DNA of 53,604 bases from Actinomycetes bacterium. Its GTDB lineage: Bacteria; Actinomycetota; Actinomycetes; JAHEKZ01. The stretch covers positions 1-53,604 of the forward strand of contig JBAPUB010000246.1 in assembly GCA_049282455.1 (NCBI GenBank). Reading direction: 5' to 3'. The notes beneath the pieces were generated by a model. That model was not told the DNA's origin and made no database searches. It saw nothing but the letters and a program-made list of their open reading frames with translations. How positions within the stretch are numbered: the first letter of the stretch is position 1; every line of letters begins with the position of its first letter. Positions 45,302-53,604 of this stretch are shown in pieces. Made by a program: the position numbers and the translations under genes.

Positions 45302-46750
45302 TCAGGCAGGAAAGGGAACAAGGTCGGCGTCGTCGTACCTCGGCCACTCACCGCCGTCCGGACGGTGCTTCTCGAACGCCGCACCGGCAGCGAACACCCG
45401 GTGGTCCTCGTAGGGGCGAGCCACGATCTGGACACCGACCGGAACGCCGTTGCCGGCCCGAGGACCGGGCACCACGAGGACCGGGCACCGGCTGGCGATG
45501 TTGAACGCGGTGGTCATGAAGGCGTCGAACGGGTCGGCCAGCGGGCGTCCGTCGACGATGATCGGCTCGGCGTAGTAGTCCTGGTCTGCACCGATTCCGG
45601 TGACGGCGAGCGTCGGCAGCAAGACGACGTCGAAGTCGTACACCGCTCGGGCGATCGGCTGCCAGACCCGGTCCTCGATCTCCAGCCCGGCGAGCAGTCC
45701 GCGGTCGTTCGCTGCTGCGGTCGTCGAGCGGGCGAACGACTTGGTGTACTCGCACATGTCGTCGCCGTGCTCGGCGATCTGCGACTCGACCGCCGAACCG
45801 AAGATGGCTCCGAAGTGGATGCTCGCCGCATCGCGTACATCGTCACGTCGGACGTCGATCGAGGTCTCCTCGACCGATGCTCCCGCGGCTCGAAGCACGG
45901 CGACCACGGCGAGGAGCGAACGGCGGACGTCGTCGGCGACCTCGTAGTCGCCCAGCGTCACGCTGTACCCGATGCGCCAGCCGTGCACATCCGCCTGCGG
46001 GACTCCGAGAACCGGTGCCGGGCCGACGGAGGCGACGTCGAGCGGGTGGGGGCCGGCGATGACGTCCTGCAGCAGCGCCACATCGGCAACCGAGCGGCCC
46101 ATCGGCCCGTTGTGGCAGTAGTCGTCCAGGCCGAACGGCGGCATCACGGGGACCCGCCCGTAGGGTGGTTTGAACCCGACGACACCGCAGAACGCCGAGG
46201 GGATGCGGATCGACCCCCCGATGTCCGAACCTGTGGCCAGGGTCGTCATCCCTGCGGCGAGTGCGGCGCCCGATCCCCCCGACGAGCCTCCTGGGGTGAA
46301 GTCCAGGGCCCACGGGTTGCGCGTGACTCCCCACTGACGCGACCACGTGAAGCCTGCGACGCAGAACTCCGGCGTGGTCGTCTGCGCGTGGGCGATCGCT
46401 CCGGCGTCCAGGATGCGTTGGACCATCGGCTCGGTGATGTCGGCAATGTGGTCGGCGTTGATCAAGGAGCCCTCGGTCACGAGCTTGCCGGCCCACATGG
46501 CTTCGTCCTTGATCGCCACGGGGATGCCCTCGAGCGGCCGAGCCGTGCCGTCGCGGTAGCGGCGCTCGGCCTCACGGGCCTGCGCCCTGGCCTCGTCGAA
46601 GTAGGTGACTGTGAAGGCGTTGACGGTCGGGTTCACGGCGTCCGCACGCGCGATCACGGCGTCCAGGAGCTCCACCGGTGACAGCGTGCCGGCGCGAAAC
46701 CTGGAGAGGGCGGACGACGCGCTCAGGTAGGCAAGACGTGTATCGCTCAT
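45302..46750 (-). CDS. Amidase-signature family amidase
   Basis: ATG at 46750. The amidase signature GGSSGGSGAALAAGMTTLATGSDIGGSIRIPSAFCG is present. The upstream part of ORF 45302..47368 runs out of frame through the VKOR gene and was rejected. Confidence 0.85.
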   Translation of the reverse strand: MSDTRLAYLSASSALSRFRAGTLSPVELLDAVIARADAVNPTVNAFTVTYFDEARAQAREAERRYRDGTARPLEGIPVAIKDEAMWAGKLVTEGSLINADHIADITEPMVQRILDAGAIAHAQTTTPEFCVAGFTWSRQWGVTRNPWALDFTPGGSSGGSGAALAAGMTTLATGSDIGGSIRIPSAFCGVVGFKPPYGRVPVMPPFGLDDYCHNGPMGRSVADVALLQDVIAGPHPLDVASVGPAPVLGVPQADVHGWRIGYSVTLGDYEVADDVRRSLLAVVAVLRAAGASVEETSIDVRRDDVRDAASIHFGAIFGSAVESQIAEHGDDMCEYTKSFARSTTAAANDRGLLAGLEIEDRVWQPIARAVYDFDVVLLPTLAVTGIGADQDYYAEPIIVDGRPLADPFDAFMTTAFNIASRCPVLVVPGPRAGNGVPVGVQIVARPYEDHRVFAAGAAFEKHRPDGGEWPRYDDADLVPFPA

Positions 46751-46809
46751 GGCGCCATCTTGTCGTGCCGCCAGACGACGAGGCCAGCAGCGCAGTCCGC
46801 GTCGGCCGG

Positions 46810-47385
46810 TCAGCTGAAGCCGATGATCATCATCGCCGCGACCAAGACCCACAGCCCGCCCCACAGGAACAGGTCGCTGTTGCCGGACACCAGACGCCCC
46901 GCTGTCCCTCGCAGCCTCGACGGCCCAGTCAGCCAGTCGTAGGCGTAGGCAACCCGCCACCAGGCGGCGTTGACGAGGGTCACCGCGGTGCCGATGGCCA
47001 GGCAGTACAGGCACACGGCCTGGATCGAGAACGTCGTCTGTGCCAGGAACCACACCGTGAACGCGGCCATGAACGCTGCGAAGAACGCCAGGACTCCCCA
47101 GGCGCGCAGGGCGAGTGTGGACCCGAGCAGGACGCCCAGCGCCGACGTCAGCATCACGGTGAACACGACGAGCCCGATGGCAGCGTTGGGTACCGGGCCG
47201 AACACCGACGACTGCCAGGCTTCCAGCACTGTGCCGCACGAGAGGGTGGCGTTGATGTCGCACAGCAACGCGGTCTTGGGCTCGAGGGCCAGCTGCACCC
47301 GCTCGATGAGCTGGATCACCGTGGCCGCCATTCCGACAGCGGAGCTGGCGACGATGAGCCACAGCCAACCAGTTGGTCGAGTCAT
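46810..47385 (-). CDS. Vitamin K epoxide reductase (VKOR) family membrane protein
   Basis: ATG at 47385. It has a loop Cys pair (LLCDINATLSC) and the CXXC in TM4 (CLYC). Confidence 0.8.
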   Translation of the reverse strand: MTRPTGWLWLIVASSAVGMAATVIQLIERVQLALEPKTALLCDINATLSCGTVLEAWQSSVFGPVPNAAIGLVVFTVMLTSALGVLLGSTLALRAWGVLAFFAAFMAAFTVWFLAQTTFSIQAVCLYCLAIGTAVTLVNAAWWRVAYAYDWLTGPSRLRGTAGRLVSGNSDLFLWGGLWVLVAAMMIIGFS

Positions 47386-47441
47386 GACTCCACTATCGAC
47401 GTCGTCGAACGACACGGGGAGTGGTCGAACGTCCCGAGCGG

Positions 47442-47873
47442 TCACCCGCCCCAGGGCCACCACCACTGGTCGATCCACACCCGTCGGGCCACTCGGTCCT
47501 GCTGCTTGCAAGTCGCACGTTCTGGGTACCGGGCGAACTCACGCCCGCCGTAGCTGCGCCACAACGACAGGGTCATCTGCCACTTGCCCCGGTTGCTCCC
47601 GCTGGAGTTCACCACCGAGCAGACGTCGTGCGACTCGCGCCAGGAGATGTCCTGGCCGTGCGGGGAGGCTCGCCACATTCGCAGGTCGACCGTGGTGCGG
47701 TAGTTCTGCGAGATCTTGGCCTTGCGCGTGACGGTCAGGTCGAGTGCTGCGTTTGCGGGTACTACTCCGACGAAGACGACCACGACCAACAGCGCGGTCA
47801 CCACCCGAACCGTCCAGCGCGTCGCCGAGGCGAGCAGGCTCGCCACCGCCGCGTCTGGGGCATGGGTGTTCAT
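47442..47873 (-). CDS. Exported transglycosylase-like (Rpf-related, PF06737-like) domain protein, catalytic Glu not evident
   Basis: The ATG at 47873 follows AGGAGG, and there is an N-terminal TM/signal segment. The C-terminal CSVVNSSGSNRGKWQMTLSLWRSYGG...WWWPWGG aligns by eye to the CE.GGN...G.YQF...TW..GG...W.WP pattern. It has Ser where the Glu normally follows the Cys. Confidence 0.5.
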   Translation of the reverse strand: MNTHAPDAAVASLLASATRWTVRVVTALLVVVVFVGVVPANAALDLTVTRKAKISQNYRTTVDLRMWRASPHGQDISWRESHDVCSVVNSSGSNRGKWQMTLSLWRSYGGREFARYPERATCKQQDRVARRVWIDQWWWPWGG

Positions 47874-47926
47874 CGGTCGTCCTCCTGGGGTTTCCCGTCA
47901 CCGTAGGGGATCGGGGCTCCCAAGGT

Positions 47927-47959
47927 GAAGGCCCGGCACCGTAGCGGTGCCGGGCCTTC
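47927..47959 (-). terminator. Strong GC hairpin downstream of the fasciclin gene
   Basis: GAAGGCCCGGCACCG-TAG-CGGTGCCGGGCCTTC forms a 15-bp perfect stem. It sits 45 nt after the stop at 48004. Confidence 0.7.
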
Positions 47960-48003
47960 CCGGTTCACGTAGTCACAAACCGGTTGAAATCGGACGAATC
48001 AGG

Positions 48004-48660
48004 TCACAGGTCGACCGGAATCAGGACGCGGGAGATTCCGTGCGCGATCTGCATGTTGCCCGCGTTGATGTCCAGCTGGGTCTTGACGACCCAGGGGTTG
48101 TGGAGGTCGGGGTCGTTGTCGATCAGGCGGATCCCGAAGTTCCCGTTGGCGCGGTTCTTCACGTCGACGGTGAAGGTGTTGCCACCGTCTGCTGTCGCCA
48201 GCGCAGCGCCGTCGGACTGCAGCGCTGTCGCTGCGTCGATGGTCGCGCCGGGGACGACGTGGTAGAGCAGCACCTTCTCGACGGTGTCGATGCCCAGACC
48301 GGCCACCGTGTTGAATGCGTCCTGCTCACTGCTCGGCCAGGTTCCGGTGAGGTCCTCGACCAGGCGGTAGAACGCGATGTCGCGCGGAATGAAAGCCGTG
48401 AGGGCGACGTCGCCCTGGGTCAACAGGTACACCGGGGTGTCCTTGCCCTTGGCGTCGATCACGGCCAGCGCGGCCTGGGTGACGATGTCGTAGTCCCACT
48501 TGTTGCTGTCGAAGGTGTCGCCGTCGGCGAGCAGGACGTTCGCCAGCGAGTTGGTGCCCTGGCTGTCCGAGGCCGAGGCCGCAGGAGCCATCGCGGCGAC
48601 CGTGCCGGCGGCGAAGGCGAAGGTGGCCGCGACAGCGGCCACTCGGGTGGTGAGGCGCAT
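48004..48660 (-). CDS. Secreted fasciclin (FAS1) domain protein (MPB70/MPT83-like)
   Basis: The ATG at 48660 follows GGGAGAA. The signal peptide is MRLTTRVAAVAATFAFAAGTVAAMAPAASA. The FAS1 motifs are TAFIPRDIAF and LLYHVVPG. Confidence 0.8.
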   Translation of the reverse strand: MRLTTRVAAVAATFAFAAGTVAAMAPAASASDSQGTNSLANVLLADGDTFDSNKWDYDIVTQAALAVIDAKGKDTPVYLLTQGDVALTAFIPRDIAFYRLVEDLTGTWPSSEQDAFNTVAGLGIDTVEKVLLYHVVPGATIDAATALQSDGAALATADGGNTFTVDVKNRANGNFGIRLIDNDPDLHNPWVVKTQLDINAGNMQIAHGISRVLIPVDL

Positions 48661-48824
48661 GAGTTCTCCCGTGGGTCGAGGGTGTCGGCCGGGAAGGGCC
48701 GGGATGACGTACGAAAAGGGATTCCCCGGAGAGGTCGGCTTTGGATGCACCATCTATGAACAACTTCGCACCGTGAGGGGTGACCTACCGAGCGTGAGTG
48801 GCCTCGGCTTGCCGTGAGCCGGCC

Positions 48825-48857
48825 TCGAGAGGTGGTCGAGAGGTGGTCGAGCGGTGG
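48825..48857. repeat. 11-bp tandem repeat x3 abutting the aguA stop codon
   Basis: TCGAGAGGTGG TCGAGAGGTGG TCGAGCGGTGG is followed directly by TCA (the stop of aguA on the minus strand). The core GTGGTCGAG also recurs in tandem at 34294..34315. Confidence 0.6.
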
Positions 48858-49958
48858 TCACCCGGCCGGCTGCTGCTGGGTGATGCAGTGCACGTTGCCG
48901 CCCCCGAGCAGGATCTCCCGGCCCGCCACTGTGACGATCCGGCGGCCGGGGAACAGCTGCTCGTACAGCTCGACCGCCGCTGCGTCGTGCGGGTCGTCGA
49001 AGACCGGCACGACGACCAGTCCGTTTGCGAGGTAGGAGTTGACGTACGACCCGGCCAGCCGCTCACCAGCCGTGCGCGGCTGCGTCCCCGGCACGGCGTC
49101 GACGCCCAGCGCCTCTTCCTGGGTGATCAGGATCGGGTCCGGTTGGTGGACCCGGACTACCTCGAGGCGACGTCCGCGCGCGTCCGTCGACTCCTCCAGC
49201 AGCTGCAGCGCAGCAAGCGAGCGTTTGAAGCCAGGGTCGCTCTCGTCGTCGGTCCAGGTCAGCATCACCCGTCCCGGGGACACGAACCGGCAGAAGTTGT
49301 CGACATGCCCGTTGGTCTCGTCCAGGTAGACGCCGTAGGGGAGCCAGAGGACGCGGTCGACGCCGAGGTAGTCACGCAGCCGGTCCTCGATCTGCTCGCG
49401 ACCAAGGTGGGGGTTGCGCCCTGCTGACAGCAGGCACTCCTCTGTGGTGAGGAGCGTGCCGTCGCCGTCGACGTCGATCGACCCGCCCTCGAGGACGAAC
49501 CCCTCGGTCCGGTAGCGGTCGATGTGCTCCAGGTCGCAGATCTTGCCCGCCACCTGGTCGTCGGCGTCCCAAGGGAAGTAGAGCCCGTCGACGAGCCCGC
49601 CCCAGGCGTTGAACTCCCAGTCGACACCACGCACCGTGCCGGAGTCGTTGACGACGAACGTCGGTCCCGAGTCGCGGACCCACGAGTCATCGGTGGACAT
49701 CTCGACCACGCGCACCGAGGCGGACAGCCGGTTCCGGGCATTGACGTACTGCCCGCGGGAGACCAGAACCGTGGTCGGCTCGACCGCGGCGACGGCCTCT
49801 GCCACGGCGGCGAAGGCGGCCTGGGCGGGCTTGCCGCCCAGGCGCCAGTTGTCCGGCCGCTCCGGCCAGACCAGCCAGGTTCCTGCATGGGGCTCCCACT
49901 CGGCGGGCATCCGGAAGCCGTCGGTCCGAGGGGTCGAGCTGAGCGTCGCGGACATCAT
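48858..49958 (-). CDS. aguA: Agmatine deiminase (PAD_porph family)
   Basis: It has the N-terminal MPAEWEPH and the C-terminal catalytic [13 protein letters not shown]. Confidence 0.9.
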   Translation of the reverse strand: MMSATLSSTPRTDGFRMPAEWEPHAGTWLVWPERPDNWRLGGKPAQAAFAAVAEAVAAVEPTTVLVSRGQYVNARNRLSASVRVVEMSTDDSWVRDSGPTFVVNDSGTVRGVDWEFNAWGGLVDGLYFPWDADDQVAGKICDLEHIDRYRTEGFVLEGGSIDVDGDGTLLTTEECLLSAGRNPHLGREQIEDRLRDYLGVDRVLWLPYGVYLDETNGHVDNFCRFVSPGRVMLTWTDDESDPGFKRSLAALQLLEESTDARGRRLEVVRVHQPDPILITQEEALGVDAVPGTQPRTAGERLAGSYVNSYLANGLVVVPVFDDPHDAAAVELYEQLFPGRRIVTVAGREILLGGGNVHCITQQQPAG

Positions 49959-49965
49959 CTGCTCC

Positions 49966-51570
49966 CTACCGAGGAACCTGCGACGTGGTGCGGGGCTGCT
50001 CCATCGGCGCCTCGTGGTCGTGCAGGGACGAGGAGTCGTCGGGCGCTAGACCTTCCAGCTCCACGTCAGCGTCGGCCTCGGGGTGCTCGAAGTCCGGTCG
50101 GCTCGCAACCACGCGGCGCCAGTGCGGCGCTCGCAGGGCGAACAGCACGCCGATCACGGCGACGGCAGCGAGCCCGAAGCCCATCTGGACGACGAACTGG
50201 CTGCCCAAGCCAACTCCTGCCTCCAGGACGGGCGCCCCCGGGGTCCACACGAAGAAGACGATGGCTGCCGCGACGAAACCCAGCACCAGAAGGGCACTGA
50301 GCCACGCGCCGACCATCCCGCCAGGGATGCGGTACGGACGAACGGCGTCAGCGTCGCTGTAGCGCAGCCTCAGGAAAGCCAAGGCCATCACCAGGTACGA
50401 CAGCAGGAACACGACCGTGCTGAACGCGAACAGGTTCCAGAACAAGGTGTCGACCGAGGACCCCTCTCCGTAGCGCTGCACGAGCGCGCCCCAGCCCACC
50501 GTGAACGCGGTGCCGATCAACGCTGTGGCGATGGCAGCGGCCACCGGCGTGCGGAACCGCTTGCTCGTGCGTCCCAGGATCGGGGGCAGGTCGCCGCGCC
50601 GTGCAGCCTCGGCCGCGGACCGGTTCGCGCCGATCGTCCAGGGAACGAGGGCCGCGAAGAAGCAGTACAGCGCACCGATGCCCAGCAGGAACACGAACGC
50701 TCCCGCGAGCCCGCTCGTACCGATCCCGGTGTCCAACACCTTGAACAGGCCGTTGACCCGGCCGAACCCACGGACCGGCAGGATCAGCAGCATGCCGACC
50801 GTCGCGATCAGGTAGAGCGCGCCGATCAGCACTCCCGCGCTGAGGATCGACCGGGGGACGTCTCGCTTCGGGTCGCGCATCTCCTCGCTCGCGCTGCTCA
50901 TCAGCTCGAAGCCGAGGTAGTTGTAGACCACGACGCCGAGCAGCACCACCGTGCCCCAGCTCGGCAGCATCTTCGTCGACGTCCAGTCGGTGGCCGAGCC
51001 GTTCCTCACCGCGTAAACGACTCCGGCGATGCCGATCGTGAGCATGATCGTGACGGTGATGATGGCCGCCACGTTCGTGACCCACTTGCTCGTGTCGAGG
51101 GTGATCACGTTGATCAGGCAGTTCAGCCAGATGAGCCCGACGGCGATCAGCACCGTGGGCCAGTAGGAGATCTGCCAGCCGAAGATCTGCCCGAGCAGGG
51201 TCGAGAACATCAGGTACACCGAGGGCAGCCAGATACCGACATTGACCCAGTACCACCAGGACACCTGAGTGCCCCAGAAGCCGCCGAAGGCGCGCTTGAC
51301 CCACGAGTAGATCCCGCCGGTGTCCGGGTAGGTGGACCCGAGCTCAGCGGTCATCAGGCCGTACGGCACGAAGAACAGAACCAGGATCACGGCGGTCCAG
51401 AACAGCACCGACGGTCCCTCCTTGGCCGTGATCGGGATCTGCGACAGCAAAAGGATGGCTGTGACGCTGAACAAGATCATGTCGAAACGTCGTAGTGCGC
51501 CGCGCCTTGGCGGACGGGTCTCGCGCCCGGCTGTGGCGGTGGTTGTGCCACCTGATGTCTTGGTACTCAT
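49966..51570 (-). CDS. APC-superfamily amino acid/polyamine permease (candidate agmatine:putrescine antiporter)
   Basis: 534 aa with about 12 TM helices. It lies 7 nt upstream of aguA and 30 nt downstream of the transcarbamylase. Substrate is inferred from context only. Confidence 0.75.
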   Translation of the reverse strand: MSTKTSGGTTTATAGRETRPPRRGALRRFDMILFSVTAILLLSQIPITAKEGPSVLFWTAVILVLFFVPYGLMTAELGSTYPDTGGIYSWVKRAFGGFWGTQVSWWYWVNVGIWLPSVYLMFSTLLGQIFGWQISYWPTVLIAVGLIWLNCLINVITLDTSKWVTNVAAIITVTIMLTIGIAGVVYAVRNGSATDWTSTKMLPSWGTVVLLGVVVYNYLGFELMSSASEEMRDPKRDVPRSILSAGVLIGALYLIATVGMLLILPVRGFGRVNGLFKVLDTGIGTSGLAGAFVFLLGIGALYCFFAALVPWTIGANRSAAEAARRGDLPPILGRTSKRFRTPVAAAIATALIGTAFTVGWGALVQRYGEGSSVDTLFWNLFAFSTVVFLLSYLVMALAFLRLRYSDADAVRPYRIPGGMVGAWLSALLVLGFVAAAIVFFVWTPGAPVLEAGVGLGSQFVVQMGFGLAAVAVIGVLFALRAPHWRRVVASRPDFEHPEADADVELEGLAPDDSSSLHDHEAPMEQPRTTSQVPR

Positions 51571-51600
51571 GACGACCTCCTTCGAGGTCCAGAAATGGTG

Positions 51601-52683
51601 TCAGGCGAACGACTCGGCCGAGACCTCGGCGAGATAGTCCTGGACGCGGGCTTCATGCAGGGCCTTCACCGCCGGAGTCGCCCGCTCCAGGCGCGGGTAG
51701 ACGTACCAGGCGAGGAGCCCCTTCTCGGTGTGCAGCCGGTTCTCCGACTGGTCGTAGATGATCGAGTGCGGACCGTCCATCACGTCGTCGGTCGCCTCAA
51801 CCCCCCGCGAGGCAGGCAGACAGTGCATGAACTTGACGTGGTCCGGCGCCAGCGCCAGCATCTCGCTGGTCACCTGGTACCTCGGCTTGAAGGCAGCGAC
51901 GCGGTCCGGGATCTCGTCCTCCTGGCCGAACCACCACCACAGGTCGGTGTAGACGAAGTCCGCAGCGCGCACGGCGTCCTCGACCTCGTCGGTAGCGAGG
52001 TACCGGCCGCCGAAGGCCTCCTCGTTGCGCTTGACCTCGTCGATGACCGAGGGCCACTGGACCTCGATCGAGTAACGGTTGGGCCGGGCGTGGACGAAAG
52101 TCCCACCGAGCATCGTCACGATCATGGCCGTCGACGTGCACACATTCGTGGCATCGCCGACGAAGACGACGGTCAGGTCGTCGAACGGCCGGCCGGGCTG
52201 CTTGTGCTCACCCATCGTGAAGATGTCGCACAGCGCCTGGGTCGGGTGGTTGTAGTCGGTCAGGCCGTTGATGACTGGGACCGTCGCGTGCTGCGCGAAC
52301 GAGGTCACCGTGTCATGGTGCAGCGCCCGGATCTCGACCGCATCGACCATGCGGGACAGGACCCGTGCTGTGTCGGCGATGTTCTCCTTCTGCCCGAGGT
52401 GGATCTCACCCGGTTTCAGGTAGAGCGCATGTCCGCCCAGACGCGTCATCGCGACCTCGAAGGACACCCTCGTGCGCGTCGACGCCTCCTCGAAGATCAT
52501 CCCGAGGCTTGCATCCCTCAGGAGCTCGGGGCATGCGTGTCGGCGATCGGCGTCCTTGAGCAGCCCGATGAGACGAAGCTGCGCCTGGATCCGGGCGGGA
52601 CCGAGGTCCTGGGTGTCGATGAAGTGAAGGTCCGGGTCGAACGGTTGGTGCGTCGCCTCGTGGGCGGCGGTCGATGCAGCCAT
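51601..52683 (-). CDS. Transcarbamylase, putrescine carbamoyltransferase-like rather than OTC
   Basis: The ATG at 52683 follows AGGAGG. The carbamoyl-phosphate motifs STRTR, HPTQ and HCLP are present. The ornithine-loop DxxxSMG is replaced by DLWWWFGQ. There is a C-terminal extension beyond the usual OTC end. The upstream part of ORF 51601..52866 was rejected. Confidence 0.75.
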   Translation of the reverse strand: MAASTAAHEATHQPFDPDLHFIDTQDLGPARIQAQLRLIGLLKDADRRHACPELLRDASLGMIFEEASTRTRVSFEVAMTRLGGHALYLKPGEIHLGQKENIADTARVLSRMVDAVEIRALHHDTVTSFAQHATVPVINGLTDYNHPTQALCDIFTMGEHKQPGRPFDDLTVVFVGDATNVCTSTAMIVTMLGGTFVHARPNRYSIEVQWPSVIDEVKRNEEAFGGRYLATDEVEDAVRAADFVYTDLWWWFGQEDEIPDRVAAFKPRYQVTSEMLALAPDHVKFMHCLPASRGVEATDDVMDGPHSIIYDQSENRLHTEKGLLAWYVYPRLERATPAVKALHEARVQDYLAEVSAESFA

Positions 52684-52744
52684 GTCACTGCGCCTCCTAG
52701 GTCCCATCGCAGCCGAAGACGTCGACCTTCGGTACCGCCAAAGG

Positions 52745-53491
52745 TCACCCGGTGCTGCTCCGGAGGTCGGCGACCAGCCTGGGGATGCGGTCCAGGAGTC
52801 CGGCCAGCGCCGCCCGGTCCCGTTCCGGCTCACCGCCCGCGACCAGGTTCGCCATCCCCGGGTCACCCGACGCCGCTGACGCGACGATCCCCTCCATCAT
52901 CAGCCGGATCCGGCCCGGGACGGCGAGCAGGACCTGCTCGGCGGTGAATCCACCGTAGGTCTGGGCAATCAGCCTCAGCCGGCGCGCTGCGTGCGAGGGG
53001 TCGATGTCCGCCCACAGCGGCACACAGTTCCAGGCGATGAAGGCCAGCTCGTTCAACGGTGTGGTGGGCCCCGCAAGGTCCCAGTCGAAGACCCCGACCA
53101 GGGCGTCCCCCTCGAAGCAGGTGTTGTAGGGAGCGAGGTCGTTGTGCCCGACAACGGTCGGATGCGGCACAGCGAAGTAGCGCCACGGACCTTCGTGCGC
53201 GAAGTCTGCGACGGCGGCGTGGAAGGTCCGGGTCCACGACACCAGCGCGTGGATCTGGGCCTCGCTCAGCGACTCCTCGTCGAGGTCCACCACACGACCT
53301 GGCAGGAAGTCGAGCACCTCTCGGCCGCGCTCGTCGAAGCCCAGGACCCGGGGAACGTGGGGCACTCGCGCCGCAAGGTGGTCGAGGAGAGCGTGCACGG
53401 CGGGCGTCCACGGACCCACCGGTCGGTGAACCGTCTCGCCGACCTTGTGCACACCACCGACGTTGCCGGCCAGCCACTCCCCGTCGTCCAC
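52745..53491 (-). CDS. Aminoglycoside/choline-kinase-type phosphotransferase (APH family)
   Basis: It has the catalytic loop VVGHNDLAPYN and the DWD metal motif (VFDWDLAG). GTG start. Confidence 0.7.
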   Translation of the reverse strand: MDDGEWLAGNVGGVHKVGETVHRPVGPWTPAVHALLDHLAARVPHVPRVLGFDERGREVLDFLPGRVVDLDEESLSEAQIHALVSWTRTFHAAVADFAHEGPWRYFAVPHPTVVGHNDLAPYNTCFEGDALVGVFDWDLAGPTTPLNELAFIAWNCVPLWADIDPSHAARRLRLIAQTYGGFTAEQVLLAVPGRIRLMMEGIVASAASGDPGMANLVAGGEPERDRAALAGLLDRIPRLVADLRSSTG

Positions 53492-53510
53492 CCAGCGGCT
53501 CCGGACCTAG

Positions 53511-53604
53511 TCAGAGAACGAGCGGCTTGATCGGAGCAGCGATGAGCGTGGGGTCGCTCTTCCAGTCCACGCCAGCGACATCGATGTAGAGCTCGATCTC
53601 GTTC
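53511..53604 (-). CDS. 3' end of an unidentified CDS running off the window
   Basis: The minus-strand frame reads ...NEIELYIDVAGVDWKSDPTLIAAPIKPLVL and stops at TGA (53511..53513). GC at third codon positions is high. Only 30 codons are visible, so there is no family call. Confidence 0.3.
   Translation of the reverse strand, partial: NEIELYIDVAGVDWKSDPTLIAAPIKPLVL

Noticed and set aside
47874-48003. ydaO-type (c-di-AMP) riboswitch upstream of the Rpf-like gene
   Set aside because: The interval is only 130 nt and is largely taken up by the fasciclin-gene terminator hairpin (47927..47959). I saw none of the conserved ydaO segments.
48825-48857. Possible CRISPR-like or minisatellite array
   Set aside because: There are only three 11-bp units with no spacers and no cas genes. 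I kept it only as a short tandem repeat and possible regulator site.

Overview
This is a visibly GC-rich, almost gap-free coding window that looks like conserved Actinomycetota chromosome. I support about 50 CDS, three tRNAs (Arg-ACG, Ser-GCT, Ser-TGA) and a handful of hairpins and repeats. I found no rRNA, CRISPR array, transposase, integrase, phage gene or recognisable defence gene.

Gene content is mostly metabolism and envelope functions:
- A secreted phosphoesterase with three PKD domains, and CorA.
- A co-directional string of MCP, a small membrane protein, ChrA, an FAD oxidoreductase and a CFA-type methyltransferase. The last two look like the BfaA/BfaB pair for 10-methyl fatty acids.
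- A gamma-glutamyltransferase followed by a translationally coupled oleA-oleBC-oleD olefin cluster and an amidohydrolase.
- GNATs, MobA, enoyl-CoA hydratase with an AtuA-like protein, Qor and a GATase1.
- The proteasome activator Bpa, a SET-domain protein, a Cof-type HAD, TrpB2, SerS, a GGDEF-EAL protein and PheA.
- A DUF4446 protein coupled to an agmatinase, and a pore-loop-like membrane protein.
- A SEC-C/DUF5926 protein, GlpQ, an FAD-linked oxidase, an Fpg/Nei glycosylase and a nitronate monooxygenase.
- An epimerase, CoA-transferase, amidase, VKOR and an Rpf-like protein, then a fasciclin protein.
- An agmatine-deiminase-type cluster (APH-like kinase, transcarbamylase, permease, AguA) with no carbamate kinase in the window.

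Noncoding signals worth checking:
- A dense palindrome array between nei and the NMO gene (41299..41343).
- Two long-range hairpins in the ggt leader (11549..11679).
- An 11-bp perfect inverted repeat between the HAD and trpB2 genes.
- Tandem GTGGTCGAG repeats at two loci, each next to an agmatine-catabolic gene.

I do not see compelling evidence for an entirely new multi-gene system. The items in the findings list are hypotheses with moderate or low interest. Start codons marked uncertain could not be resolved without homolog alignments.
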